Of a stretch of 64,000 nt of DNA, positions 20,416 through 31,221 are shown in pieces. The stretch's first letter is position 1, and the number at the start of each line of letters is the position of its first letter. The stretch covers positions 443,315-507,314 of the forward strand of contig VRVR01000003.1 in the NCBI GenBank assembly GCA_009859145.1, given 5' to 3'. The stretch comes from Andalucia godoyi And28. Lineage: Eukaryota > Protista > Jakobida. Position numbers and translations under genes: made by a program. The notes beneath the pieces were generated by a model. That model was not told the origin of the DNA. It did no database searches and saw nothing but the letters and a program-made list of their open reading frames with translations.

Positions 20416-23400
20416 CTACTGTGGTGAGAATGGAATGTTCCAGTACCATCGTGCGAGTTCGTTCTTTGCCATCGAAACGACCACAAATTCGTGTGCGCCA
20501 GCTTGTTGCTCAAACCCGACAATTCCAAGAACTGGGCTCTGATGCACCCAAGAGTCTTGTGCTGCACCCGAGTCGACATCCACCACTCTGATCCGTCCGT
20601 CTTCCAATCCCAACACCAGAAGTGAGTTGTCGAACGCACTCATGCACGAGACAATGATGTCATGATCAACAGGAAGCACCCACTCGCGAACCAAATCTAG
20701 CGTTTTGGCTGTCACCCCAAAACAAACAATCATTTCCTGAGTCTTGAGTAACAGACGTGGCTCCGAGAAGCCTCGAGGAAGAACCACCGTGGCCTGCTCG
20801 ATCTTCCCCAACGCACCGGGCAAGGACAGTACCTTCGGTTGGTATTCGACAGCCGACTTCTTCGATGCTGCATCCAGCGGTGCGGCAATGACTACATGCG
20901 CGGAGCCATCGTAGCAAACGACAACACTCAAGTCAAATCGACACGGCTCATGACGTACTGCAGACAAGGGGCTGGAGCAGGACACGGACCGCACCGTTTG
21001 AGGGGCAACCGTGCTGCATGAAAGAAGCTTGATCGGCTTTGAATCCCAGAAAATCCCCCGAATCGTGACGCTGATGCGGCCATCGCTCTGGACCAAAACA
21101 GGATCCTTCTCCTCGACGTCGTCAGGAACGGGCGTTCCAAGCTTGAAGTGAACGAACTTGTGGAAGTCCACAACAGTAATGCGATCCTCCTTTTCGAGGC
21201 TGACGATCACGGATCGCTGCTGCACTCCGCGAAGTCTCAGCCGGGAGTTCGACAGCCACTCCACGGAAACCACGGAGAAATCCGCCAGCTCTTCCTTCCC
21301 AGCAATGATGATTTCACCAATGAAGGCAGAGACCGCTTGTGCATCGGATCCGGTCGTAAACCGAACCACCAAGTCTAATCGACGAGCGTCCCACACGCTC
21401 ACGCATGTGTCTGACTCTTGCACAGCGACCAGATCTCCTTTGGGGTTCGAACGCAGCACATGACCTTGCAGAGTCAGTGGGCTCGTTACAATGCACCGGT
21501 GTTCCGAGTACAGGGACCCATCTGTCAGAGAAAAGAAAGGCGGATGCATCGCAGCAACCGGCAACGGGAAAGACAGCACTGGACGAGCAGACACGCCCGC
21601 ACTTGACGACAACAACACTGACCACACCTTGGCACCCACAGCAATGTACGGATACGCCAGGATCTTGTTCTTCACGGAAGACGCATTCGACGGCAGCACC
21701 GGCGTCTCGGAGAGCACGAGCATGTCCTGCAGATCAATGTTCACCATCGAGCAGCCAGTGGAACCCGCCGTAAGCCCGAGTACCAGATGGCCCGGTTGTT
21801 GCGGATCTACGTCGAATGCGCATACATGAGGCACGTCAATTGAGCCAATAATGACCCCAGACAGAAGGTTGGCTACAACAACGACATCAGAGCAGGCAAG
21901 GGCAACGATTCCCATCGAAGGGACACAGTGTGCGGTGATCACCCTCTCTGCAAGCTCCACCGCAGAAGAGCAATGCTGAACTTGCGAAGGATCAGTGCTC
22001 ATAAAGCGAACACCAGATGGAGTTTGCACCATCACAGTGCTTGAATCAACCACCACCACTTTTGCAATGCGGTCCTCCGCGCCGATGATGCAGTCCCCGA
22101 TGCGATCGACAGCAAAATCACCGACAACCACCCCAGAAGCATCCGTGGATTCATTGTACTGCACTTGCCACAGTGAGCACGAGGCACTGTCTGCGGCAGC
22201 AAGAATACCATGTTCAACATAAGCAGATTTCACGATCCCCAAAGTCGGGAACGGGATGACAACTTGTCGCCGACCAGACGAGAGATGCTCCAGCAACAGC
22301 ATCCGGCCATGTGCGCGGACCATTATCTGCATTTGTTTCGACACGTGCATCACATGCGATTGCTGTGCGGCGGATGCTGACCAAATTCCCAAGGAAAGCG
22401 CAGCGTCAGACGGATCTGCAGGAAGCAAAACATTCTGCGGAGCATTCGGGAATTCGAATTCACAATCCTCGGAGCTGTCCGGCTGACGAATGTCTCGGCT
22501 CACCCAGTCTGAGTTGCTTGGCGATTGTTGAAGACCCAGACTAACGGCTTCCTTCCGCAAGAGCTCCGCTGGGTCTTCGTCTTCCAGCCGAAGAATTGTG
22601 TCAACAATTTGAGATCGATCGGCATCCTCGTTCATCATTCCTTGTCTCGTGGTCCACTCTGCAAGGAACATGTTCGGAGACGAAGCAGGACCCCATACCA
22701 GCTCTGTAATCCCAGACGAGTACGCAGCAATGCGGAAGAAAGACAGAGCCAATACCTTCTCCGTAAGCTTCTTCTGTGCGGTTGTCACAGAGCGTATCGA
22801 ATCAGAAGCTACGGACATGTGGGACGATGAGGTGGAAGCAGCCATGGACCCCTTTGCATGCCCCGCCGCAGACGACGGTCTGCTGCTGCTGTGTTGGAGC
22901 GCGGATGAACGATCTTCTCGAGCCCGGCGTCCCGAATCCTCGTCGCCCGATGCTGCAGGAGACGCATAAATGTGACGACCGTCCTTCGAAAGAGCAAGAT
23001 TCGATACGGCAACCTGGGGGCGATAAACATCACAAGCCGAGACGAAAACGAGGGATGCGTCCAATGCGGAAACAGTAAACAGGTGAGCGGCCCCGGAGTT
23101 GGTTCCTACAACAAGTACACGGCCGTCACGGGACAATGCAATCGAGGATACCGGTGATTCGACGTCAAACCAAGTCTTCCCTGGAACCGGCTCGCAGAAT
23201 TGCCAATCGATACCAGTTGGAGACAGGGCGAGAAGACCAAGATTCTGACGAGCAATGACAAGGACAAGATCGCGTCGAAGCACGAACGGCACTGCATTCT
23301 CGATCCGCAACTTGTCCAATTCTTCCTTGGTATTTCCAGTTTGGCGACCAGAGGGCGCAGAAACCGGCCGCTGATTTTTCGATGGTGCGTGGGGTGGATG

Positions 23401-26400
23401 AACGGGGGATTGTGCAATGATTGGGAAATGGATGATGTGCGATCGCCGGGACGCCAAGATGTCTGTCCAAATGTGCCATCCAGAGGAACCGGTGTTGGCC
23501 ACAAGCGTACCTTCTCGGACGCTGACGGCACCCGCTTCCAACATGTCTGAGCCTGCATGACCGCCGGTCGCCGTTGCAATCGACAGTTTCTTGATTGTAA
23601 GCCAGCCGTGCCGAGCATCCAATACAATGCATTCACCTTTGATGACAACGACAATCCATCTGGAATTGTCAATTAAAATCTGATCGATGGCGACGCCAAC
23701 CGGGGCAATCTGCATTTCCCTCTCAACAACTATGCCTCCACCAGAAGAAGAAGACGACGACGACGACGAGACCGTGTGATCGATCAAGACCACTCTCAAG
23801 ATTCCGGAGGAATATCCCACAACCAATCGGTTATCGAGTGTTGCGACCAGCGCGGTTGGCACTTCCTGCTGCCACTGGCCAGTGGGAACATCAAACTGGA
23901 CTCGGGGCCGCATGGAGCCTTCAGATCCAGTGTCCCAGATCCGTACCGCACCGTCTTCGGACGCCGTAACAAGTGCACCATGCAGATAGTCCGCAACAGC
24001 AAGAACCCGGATAGTTCTAGGATGTGACAGAAGCACGGACGAATATGTCTGCGTGGGAATGTCCAGAACTCCAATAGTCGCATGAACAGGCTTTTCCGAT
24101 CTCAGAGTCTCGCTTGAGCCATCCGCAGGTCCGGCGGCTGTTCCAGCAGGCGGCGCATTTTGAGGAACCGGGAAGGTCCCTACCAATACTCGGAAACCCG
24201 AGGGAGCGATCGAAATGTGAACTACCGGTGCGTCGTGTGCAGCTTCCAGGAAGAAGTCCGAGAAATCCAGGGGCCACAATCGGACCAATCCCGACATATC
24301 TCCAGTCACACACATTCCCTCTGCTACGGCGACAGATGCTATCCTTGAAGAGTGGAGTCGATATATTCGGTCGACCGTACGATTCTCCAAAGAAATCACA
24401 AGCACATCTCCCAAGGACGTACCGACAAGCATCTGGCTGTTATTTTCAACGATCGCCATGCAGGTAAGTTCAGGAGCATCTCCAGCATTGCTTGTCGTGG
24501 AAAACACTTCTGCATCAACCCCCAAAGGGACGGATCCATTCGAAACGTGGTTGCTTCCGGCAAACGTGTACGGATGGGGCAGCTGCACAGCGGCTGCACG
24601 CACAGAATTACTGCGATCCACAATGCGCAGGATTCTGACGGACGAGGGCGACAAAACGACAACTCGCGAACTGTCATTGGGATGGAAAGCAACAGAGAAG
24701 GACGTGGCATCCTGCAGTACATGACCGACAATCGGACGAAGGCTGGGCCACGAAAGCAGCACAACGCGCCACCGGCGAAGAGAATCTCGACCGAGAATCG
24801 CTATCGTGCTCTCATCCTGGGATATGGCAATTGACCGAATATCCAACCATTCCGACAAGGGAGCAATGAAGAGAGGCTTGATGAGAGAATCTGAAACCGC
24901 ATTTGCGACACGTACCGGAGACACGGAGCTATCGTCCTGCGAAGACGATTCCCCGAGAAGACTTTGTCTATTCAGTTCCAAAATGGCAAACTGATTCTTG
25001 GAATATACAATAATCTTGGATAGGTCAACAGGAGGCGAAACAATTCCTCGAACGGGGGCGGAGAGAAAAGATGGCAAAACGGACATGACAACAGCATCTG
25101 GAACAGTAGAAAACACAAGTCGGGAATGTGATGCATGCACCATCCGGTTGTCGCCCAGCATCAGACTCGTCCGCGGGGTGAAATCCAGAATTCGACTAAC
25201 TCCCATGCTCATGAATTGGTCGTTCTTCGCCTTCAGTACGCTCCGCTGATTGGCGGCTGCGCTGGCTTTCTGCGCTGCAGATCTTCGCGGAAGAGTGGCG
25301 GGTGTGTTGTCCTTGGCCCATTTCGTTCGTTGAGCGGGCGTCATCGTGGTTGCAGAGACCCCTCCGACGATGATCTGCTGCTGTTGTTGCTGCTGAACAT
25401 GTGAATGAGGAAGACGCTGGACGTTCTCGTTGGCAGACACATCCAGTTCGATAGGCTGAGTAGAAAGAGCGGTTGCGGTAGCTTCCAATTCCTCCGGAAC
25501 AAACACCTGGCCGTAGCACTCCAGAACGTCTTCCGCTGCAGTTCCGCCACGAACGGGCAGCAAGAATTCGCGAGGCTGCGTTCGCAGGGAATGGGGGAAA
25601 GGAGCAGCCCAAATGGCTCGCAACTTCATATTTGCGTAGCATTCAACTCGTCTAATTTCAAAGAACACTCGATTCGGAAAATACATGTGCAAAAGAGAAG
25701 CCACGTCCACGGTGACCAGCGTCCAGCGCGGCTGCGGAGATGGCAGCACCAGCGGAAATTGCAATGCAAACGCGGAAACAACCTTTGCAGACCTCGTAGC
25801 GTTGGAAAAAGACATCCGCACAGACAATGCTCCTGCGTCGCAAAGCACATCGATGGAGAAGGACATCATCTTCACTTGCCGAGCAGGCTGCATCGGCTGT
25901 GCGACAGTGCCGGTGGTTACGACATTCGTTGAATCATCCAAAGTGGATGAGCCGGGTGTCGACGGGGCCTTGTTCTTCTTGGAAACCACACTCGCATTCA
26001 GATTCGCGGAGCTAGGAGTGACGGCAGATGAAGCAGGATCGATCGGGCAAATCTGCAGATGGACACATCGAGCCTTGATTCCCAGGGAAGCAGTCGAAAC
26101 GCCAGGAAGCGCAATTGCATTATTTGCTGGAATCGCACCTTGCAGCACTGTAACACGTTTTCCAATCGTGGAGTCAATCCCAGAAGTTACGTCTCCTTGT
26201 GAACTGACGAACAGCGGTGACGCATTTGAAGGAGACGATTGTGCTGAGGCTCCAGTCGACGGCGCTGAACACAGCTTGAGAACGTTCACATACGGAAGCT
26301 GTGTTGCCGGCACATGTGGAATGACAATCGAATCATCAGAGGCACAAGAAGACTGTCTGCTTGAGGCCGAAGATGATTTCGCGGCTACGCTCGGGGAAAG

Positions 26401-26475
26401 AGACGCCGAAGCCGAAAAGGACGATTGCGATTGTTGTGAAGCAGGCGTAAGTGGAGCCGGGCGGCTAGCTGACAT
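20416..26475 (-). CDS. WDR90: WDR90/POC16-like centriolar protein (N-terminal CFAP20-like domain plus WD40 propellers)
   Basis: N-terminal QLPYVNVL...LQGAIPANNAIALP...SLGIKAR...VRMSFSN...LQFPL...WTLVTVDV...ANMKLRAIW...PREF resembles the WDR90 CFAP20 domain; WD repeats follow (GDMSGLVRLW, ASEDGAVRIWD). Confidence 0.8.
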   Translation of the reverse strand: MSASRPAPLTPASQQSQSSFSASASLSPSVAAKSSSASSRQSSCASDDSIVIPHVPATQLPYVNVLKLCSAPSTGASAQSSPSNASPLFVSSQGDVTSGIDSTIGKRVTVLQGAIPANNAIALPGVSTASLGIKARCVHLQICPIDPASSAVTPSSANLNASVVSKKNKAPSTPGSSTLDDSTNVVTTGTVAQPMQPARQVKMMSFSIDVLCDAGALSVRMSFSNATRSAKVVSAFALQFPLVLPSPQPRWTLVTVDVASLLHMYFPNRVFFEIRRVECYANMKLRAIWAAPFPHSLRTQPREFLLPVRGGTAAEDVLECYGQVFVPEELEATATALSTQPIELDVSANENVQRLPHSHVQQQQQQQIIVGGVSATTMTPAQRTKWAKDNTPATLPRRSAAQKASAAANQRSVLKAKNDQFMSMGVSRILDFTPRTSLMLGDNRMVHASHSRLVFSTVPDAVVMSVLPSFLSAPVRGIVSPPVDLSKIIVYSKNQFAILELNRQSLLGESSSQDDSSVSPVRVANAVSDSLIKPLFIAPLSEWLDIRSIAISQDESTIAILGRDSLRRWRVVLLSWPSLRPIVGHVLQDATSFSVAFHPNDSSRVVVLSPSSVRILRIVDRSNSVRAAAVQLPHPYTFAGSNHVSNGSVPLGVDAEVFSTTSNAGDAPELTCMAIVENNSQMLVGTSLGDVLVISLENRTVDRIYRLHSSRIASVAVAEGMCVTGDMSGLVRLWPLDFSDFFLEAAHDAPVVHISIAPSGFRVLVGTFPVPQNAPPAGTAAGPADGSSETLRSEKPVHATIGVLDIPTQTYSSVLLSHPRTIRVLAVADYLHGALVTASEDGAVRIWDTGSEGSMRPRVQFDVPTGQWQQEVPTALVATLDNRLVVGYSSGILRVVLIDHTVSSSSSSSSSGGGIVVEREMQIAPVGVAIDQILIDNSRWIVVVIKGECIVLDARHGWLTIKKLSIATATGGHAGSDMLEAGAVSVREGTLVANTGSSGWHIWTDILASRRSHIIHFPIIAQSPVHPPHAPSKNQRPVSAPSGRQTGNTKEELDKLRIENAVPFVLRRDLVLVIARQNLGLLALSPTGIDWQFCEPVPGKTWFDVESPVSSIALSRDGRVLVVGTNSGAAHLFTVSALDASLVFVSACDVYRPQVAVSNLALSKDGRHIYASPAASGDEDSGRRAREDRSSALQHSSSRPSSAAGHAKGSMAASTSSSHMSVASDSIRSVTTAQKKLTEKVLALSFFRIAAYSSGITELVWGPASSPNMFLAEWTTRQGMMNEDADRSQIVDTILRLEDEDPAELLRKEAVSLGLQQSPSNSDWVSRDIRQPDSSEDCEFEFPNAPQNVLLPADPSDAALSLGIWSASAAQQSHVMHVSKQMQIMVRAHGRMLLLEHLSSGRRQVVIPFPTLGIVKSAYVEHGILAAADSASCSLWQVQYNESTDASGVVVGDFAVDRIGDCIIGAEDRIAKVVVVDSSTVMVQTPSGVRFMSTDPSQVQHCSSAVELAERVITAHCVPSMGIVALACSDVVVVANLLSGVIIGSIDVPHVCAFDVDPQQPGHLVLGLTAGSTGCSMVNIDLQDMLVLSETPVLPSNASSVKNKILAYPYIAVGAKVWSVLLSSSAGVSARPVLSFPLPVAAMHPPFFSLTDGSLYSEHRCIVTSPLTLQGHVLRSNPKGDLVAVQESDTCVSVWDARRLDLVVRFTTGSDAQAVSAFIGEIIIAGKEELADFSVVSVEWLSNSRLRLRGVQQRSVIVSLEKEDRITVVDFHKFVHFKLGTPVPDDVEEKDPVLVQSDGRISVTIRGIFWDSKPIKLLSCSTVAPQTVRSVSCSSPLSAVRHEPCRFDLSVVVCYDGSAHVVIAAPLDAASKKSAVEYQPKVLSLPGALGKIEQATVVLPRGFSEPRLLLKTQEMIVCFGVTAKTLDLVREWVLPVDHDIIVSCMSAFDNSLLVLGLEDGRIRVVDVDSGAAQDSWVHQSPVLGIVGFEQQAGAHEFVVVSMAKNELARWYWNIPFSPQ

Positions 26476-26903
26476 TTTTTCTTCTCAGGAATGGCAGCGC
26501 AGTGAATACACGGCGAAAGAACAAGAGGACAGTGTGGGAGGTAAAGGGAGAAGGCCAACAAATAAAAAATACACGGAAGAAGGGAAGGAAGAAAGGAAGG
26601 AAAGGGATTTCATAATATTCAAAACAAAAACAAAAAGGTAACTGAAAATGATGGGGTAAGAGAGAGCGCAAAGGGAAAGAAGACCAAGAGGCAACGGGAA
26701 AAAACAATCGAGGCGGGAAATATGCAGTTGATGCATTGATTCTTTAGGGAGGCGCATTCCAAAGAAAAGGGAGGCGGTGTCTACAGGAAGAAAGTTTTCA
26801 GTATTGGGCAGTGAGAGTGTTTATTTCCATTTCTTTGTCTTGCGAAGTTACGATTATGTTCATCACGAGTATGACGATGATTATACATTGTTGATTGGGT
26901 GGA

Positions 26904-28505
26904 ATGTCGTTGGCGGATGAATTCGCAGCTGCTTTTGGGGATGGTGAGCCCATGATCGATGCTTCTCATTCCCAGAGTGCTGTGTTGGATGACGGCGACT
27001 CGCAGTCGGCGTCCTTGCCTGACCTGTACGACCGATACACGACTTTGTCAGGGAAATTGAGATCGCTTGGAGGCGCATTGGCAGCTGCTGTTCGTTGCGT
27101 ATTTCCTGCTCTTTCGGAGCTGCTGGCAGACAGACCGCGAGACCTGGTGCATGTTTGTCGTCTGTTGGCTGTTCAGCCGAGTTCCAGTACTTCAGCCGCT
27201 GCTCCTTCTGATTTTGCTTCGGCTTCTCTTTCTCAAGGATCCTCTGTAGAACGGAATCACGACGAGTTGAGTGCGGTGCAGATCAAGGGACAAGAAACGG
27301 AATTGTATGATGCGATAAAGGCTGTGCTACGGGGTGATGGCGCGTTGGCTCTTCGCATTGTAATGGAGCGATCATTGTGGGTTGCGACGAAGGGGTTCGT
27401 GACAAGTAGCTGGACGGGTGTGCTGTGCTGTTGCGATGCTTTTGAGGATTGCCTGCAGATGTGGGATAGCATTGTCGAGCAAATGTCTGCTTGCGTATCG
27501 GAATCGGCTCCATCATTGTCCGAATTGCTGGGCGACAAGGTGGCGGCATTGATTGTCGGTGCAGCCGGTGGTATAATGGGTCTTGCGAAATCAGGAACAC
27601 CATCGTTGTTGGGTAACTTTGCGAGAGAGGCGGCTGTTGTGGCAGGTGGAAATACGTGGCTCGAGTCTGTCGGAGATACGATGCGGTCGAATGCTTCTGC
27701 ATCTCTAAAACAGCGATATGGCATCATGATCCATGCGCGCAGTGTGCTGGCCAATCCGAATCCAGATGCTGCTGAAAAGGTCATTCGAACAGTGCTGAGC
27801 AAGGCTGTTCTTGCTGCAAGAACAGATGCTTTCTCTTCCAAAGACCAAAAAAAAGTTGAGAAGACCTCAGGAGGTTCGGGAACGGGGTTGTTGCCGAGTG
27901 CAGGGGCCAAGATTGTTGCTGCGGTGCATCACACAGTGACGCAATTGTCGGAGCAGGCACAAGTGGACTCGGAAAAGGCAGCAAGAATTCGTCCTCTTCC
28001 AGCACCAGGCACAGAAGTCAAAAAGACGCAGCGCGGGGGTGCTCGGTCACGAAAATGGAAGGCTCTTCTCCGCGAGTCTGAGGGAGATCGTGCTGCCGGA
28101 AGGATATCAATGGCAGTGGACCCCAATGTTCCTTCCAATGCGTCCGTGGTTCCTGGTGACGTTCCGTCTGTTGGCACAGCGTCTGTTGTCTCTAGATCCG
28201 GTGGCGAGGGTGCTGCTGGTCGACTGGCGGCCATGCGTCTCACAAAGAGAACTCGTGAGCGTCTTGAACGAGAAGCGAGAAAACATCGTCATCTCATTAT
28301 TCAACAGACTCGGTTAAGCCAGGCGTCTGCTAATCCGGCCAGTGGGACTGCAACGCAAGTGGGCGGTCTGGCTACGTCGTTCGCAGGTGGATGGCGCGGG
28401 CCGCAGTTGCCTCCGACCGTGGGTGGCGGTGCTCTAGGTGCCAGCGAGTTGAGCAAGACGATGTTTGGCACGCATGTTCCGTTTCAAACCTCTTTGCAAA
28501 AGTAG
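26904..28505 (+). CDS. PRPF31: Divergent U4/U6 snRNP protein Prp31 (Nop domain)
   Basis: MSLADEF start, APSLSELLGDKVAALIVGAAGG, LSKAVLAARTDAF, RPLPAP...RGGARSRKWK, collinear with Prp31; ATG at 26904. Confidence 0.8.
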   Translation: MSLADEFAAAFGDGEPMIDASHSQSAVLDDGDSQSASLPDLYDRYTTLSGKLRSLGGALAAAVRCVFPALSELLADRPRDLVHVCRLLAVQPSSSTSAAAPSDFASASLSQGSSVERNHDELSAVQIKGQETELYDAIKAVLRGDGALALRIVMERSLWVATKGFVTSSWTGVLCCCDAFEDCLQMWDSIVEQMSACVSESAPSLSELLGDKVAALIVGAAGGIMGLAKSGTPSLLGNFAREAAVVAGGNTWLESVGDTMRSNASASLKQRYGIMIHARSVLANPNPDAAEKVIRTVLSKAVLAARTDAFSSKDQKKVEKTSGGSGTGLLPSAGAKIVAAVHHTVTQLSEQAQVDSEKAARIRPLPAPGTEVKKTQRGGARSRKWKALLRESEGDRAAGRISMAVDPNVPSNASVVPGDVPSVGTASVVSRSGGEGAAGRLAAMRLTKRTRERLEREARKHRHLIIQQTRLSQASANPASGTATQVGGLATSFAGGWRGPQLPPTVGGGALGASELSKTMFGTHVPFQTSLQK

Positions 28506-28645
28506 GTGATGTACGTCTGTCTGTGTCTCTATATGTTTGTATGTATGTATGTATGTGTGCGTGTGTCTGTGTCTGTGCGCGCACAAGTTTATTTCTACAT
28601 TCCAGTTTTCTTCGTGCTTGTGCTATTTGAGTTTGATTCGCAATT

Positions 28646-30817
28646 CTAGCTTTCCTTTCCATCTCGTTTCTTGGCCATCATGGGTTGAATTGGCGGTAGA
28701 GATTTTGCTGCCTTTGCTTTGAGCTCTTTTAGACGTTCTTGACCGACTTTCGCAATTTCTTCTCGACGTTCCGGGAACTCTGCAAGAGTCGCTTCAAAAT
28801 CTGCTTTGGACAATACGTACACTTCGCACATGGTCTTTGCGCGAATGGAAGCGGATCGCTTTTGTTCAAAGACGATGGAGAGTTCGCCGAAAAACGACCC
28901 TTCATTGAGCGTTGCGAAAATGACTGTTCCATCCTCGTTCACAACATCCACCGTTCCTTTGTACAGAAAATACATCTCTCTTCCCACCGTCCCTTTGATA
29001 ACCACGAACGATTCTGGCAAGAAGAAGACTCTTTTCAGAGTAGATACGACTCGCTCGATAAAAATCGGGTCTGCTGTCTTGAAGAATGGCACCTTCGACA
29101 CCAAGGAGCCGAACAGATAGGATTCAATATCTCTGCGTAGTGCTACCGGCATGTCTCCAAGAATGGTCTCCTCTGAGTAATCCGTTGAATTCATAGACCA
29201 TAAGTACCGGTAGTAAGTGAGAATTCGCATTGAAATCTGCGATGAAATCTTGCGGAACATAAAGAACGCATGCAGCTTATCGATTTTCTGTCGAAAAAAG
29301 TTAGACATTGGATCCAGATTTTCCAACAACTCAGACACGACACCGACGATCGTGGCGAAAACAACGGATCCCATTCCGACGGTGACCAGCGACCACACGA
29401 ATTGTGCAGTAGTCTGAGGCCAGACGTCTTGGTACCCGACAATGAGGACTGTCGTCACATAGAACGCAAACTGGTAGGTAGCTGGAAACGAAGTTTCTTC
29501 GAAACTTAATCGGAATGCTGCTGTCGACGAGGTAATAGCCGCCGTGGAATTGGAAACATCGAGCAGCTTCAGCGCTGAGGTCAAACGGGGCTTCCTTTGA
29601 AATCGCGGATTGGTCACGAATGCTAGAGAGGTGACATTGTCCCCGGATTGCCCGGTGGTCGCGCTGCTGCTGCTGCTCCCGCCCATGGACAGCCACGCAT
29701 CTCCGTCAATCGGGCTGATGAAGTAGACGAATATCAGTCCGCAAGACAGAACGTGACTCATGTACAACACGATAATCAACAGTCGGAGTATCCTGCTTAA
29801 GCGGCTGGCAGACGCTTCGTAGCCCGGAAAGAGGAGAAAGAAGTATTTCTGAACATGTGAGAAATTCCCCAGTAGCCTGGGGATGAGCAGACACTGGATT
29901 CCGTACCCATACTGCGATGTGCTGTTGGATGTTCGCTGGAACCATGCATCTGGCGAGGAATTTCCTTGAAGTTCTTGAATGCTCGTGAAGAATAAGAACA
30001 ACGGAGCTGTGATGAGGATCGCGTATGTCCAGAACTGCCATTGCTTGATTCTTGCTAGGACTTCTTGAGGAGTCCGGCTTCTGTACTCGTCTTGTCCATC
30101 TGTTCGGATTTCCTGTTGAGGGATGCCGGTGATGAGGAGATCGACCACCGCGTTGACAAGCCCCAGGCAGCAGAGCACAACGTCGACGACAAACCAAGGG
30201 AGCGTTTCGGCCAAGGCGAATCCGATTCGAAGTGGGATGATCACAAAATCTGCAATCGAAAACGGCACATTCAGAATGGCGAGGGCGCGCAACAGCCAAA
30301 TGAGAGAGTGTGTGGACGGCTCACCGGCTGTGTTAGTCTGCCCAGGACTGGTTGCCGCAGACGCGGTTGTGTTTGGATTTTGATTTTGATTTGGATGGGG
30401 CGTTAGCCTCGTTGCTGCGGCTGCCGGAACAGATTTTCTGTCACGATCTGCAGGATGGTGGTGATGCTGCATGCAGGTCACATCATTACTGACGTCTGCG
30501 ATCGGCGTCTTTTTCACCATAAGACTGCTTGCCAGTCCACCAAGCCCCTTCTGTGGATTCGAGCTGAAGTTTATCGACAGCTTCTTTTTCAGACCTGCTG
30601 TTGAGCTTCTTTGTGAAAGTGGGGATGTTGCAAGTACTTGTCCCCCAGAAGGAGATCTTTGGAGTGTTGAGCTGTTCTGTCGAAGGAATGACGGTGCAGA
30701 AAGCAGAGAACCTGTGAGAGACGGCGAACGAACAGACATCGTCCTGCTGATTGCAGTAAACGACGTCGCCGAGTCGCGGCGCAAAGAGTTCGACGAAGAT
30801 GATGGTGTGATGTTCAT
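28646..30817 (-). CDS. Six-TM cation channel with C-linker and cyclic-nucleotide-binding domain (HCN/EAG/CNG-like)
   Basis: Pore YQFAFYVTTVLIVGYQDVWP, S6 FATIVGVVSELL, C-linker FFRQKIDKLHAFFMFRKIS, CNBD FFGELSIVFEQKRSASIRA. Confidence 0.9.
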   Translation of the reverse strand: MNITPSSSSNSLRRDSATSFTAISRTMSVRSPSLTGSLLSAPSFLRQNSSTLQRSPSGGQVLATSPLSQRSSTAGLKKKLSINFSSNPQKGLGGLASSLMVKKTPIADVSNDVTCMQHHHHPADRDRKSVPAAAATRLTPHPNQNQNPNTTASAATSPGQTNTAGEPSTHSLIWLLRALAILNVPFSIADFVIIPLRIGFALAETLPWFVVDVVLCCLGLVNAVVDLLITGIPQQEIRTDGQDEYRSRTPQEVLARIKQWQFWTYAILITAPLFLFFTSIQELQGNSSPDAWFQRTSNSTSQYGYGIQCLLIPRLLGNFSHVQKYFFLLFPGYEASASRLSRILRLLIIVLYMSHVLSCGLIFVYFISPIDGDAWLSMGGSSSSSATTGQSGDNVTSLAFVTNPRFQRKPRLTSALKLLDVSNSTAAITSSTAAFRLSFEETSFPATYQFAFYVTTVLIVGYQDVWPQTTAQFVWSLVTVGMGSVVFATIVGVVSELLENLDPMSNFFRQKIDKLHAFFMFRKISSQISMRILTYYRYLWSMNSTDYSEETILGDMPVALRRDIESYLFGSLVSKVPFFKTADPIFIERVVSTLKRVFFLPESFVVIKGTVGREMYFLYKGTVDVVNEDGTVIFATLNEGSFFGELSIVFEQKRSASIRAKTMCEVYVLSKADFEATLAEFPERREEIAKVGQERLKELKAKAAKSLPPIQPMMAKKRDGKES

Positions 30818-30822
30818 GTCGT

Positions 30823-30825
<3 letters not shown>

Positions 30826-30868
<43 letters not shown>
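30826..30868. repeat. (TG)n microsatellite
   Basis: Pure TG run directly upstream of the channel ATG. Confidence 0.95.
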
Positions 30869-30872
<4 letters not shown>

Positions 30873-31221
30873 GGTTTTGCTGAGGCGAGAGGAAAAAAAT
30901 ACTAATGAATTACTTTCTTCTTTTCCAATACTTTCTTTCTTGCTTGATTTCTTCCAAACAGTCAGTTCCCGAAACTTTTCTCCATCCATAAAACCGAGCC
31001 AAGTTACGTACTGTCATCATCGCAATTTGCATGTTCACAACGACAACCAGGGACACGCAACATCCAACCGTTGTAGTGTTCGCACGAGTCGCCACATGTC
31101 AACGCGATTAAACTGGGTGCTGGGAAATCCCCTTTGCTCAACACGATTCTTATCACGATTCTTATCACTGTCATCATCGTCATCATCATTTACTATTATT
31201 TTGACACAGATTTTTATTGCA

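Noticed and set aside
25685-26641. 318-aa plus-strand ORF
   Set aside because: Antisense to the WDR90 N-terminus, with no independent signal.
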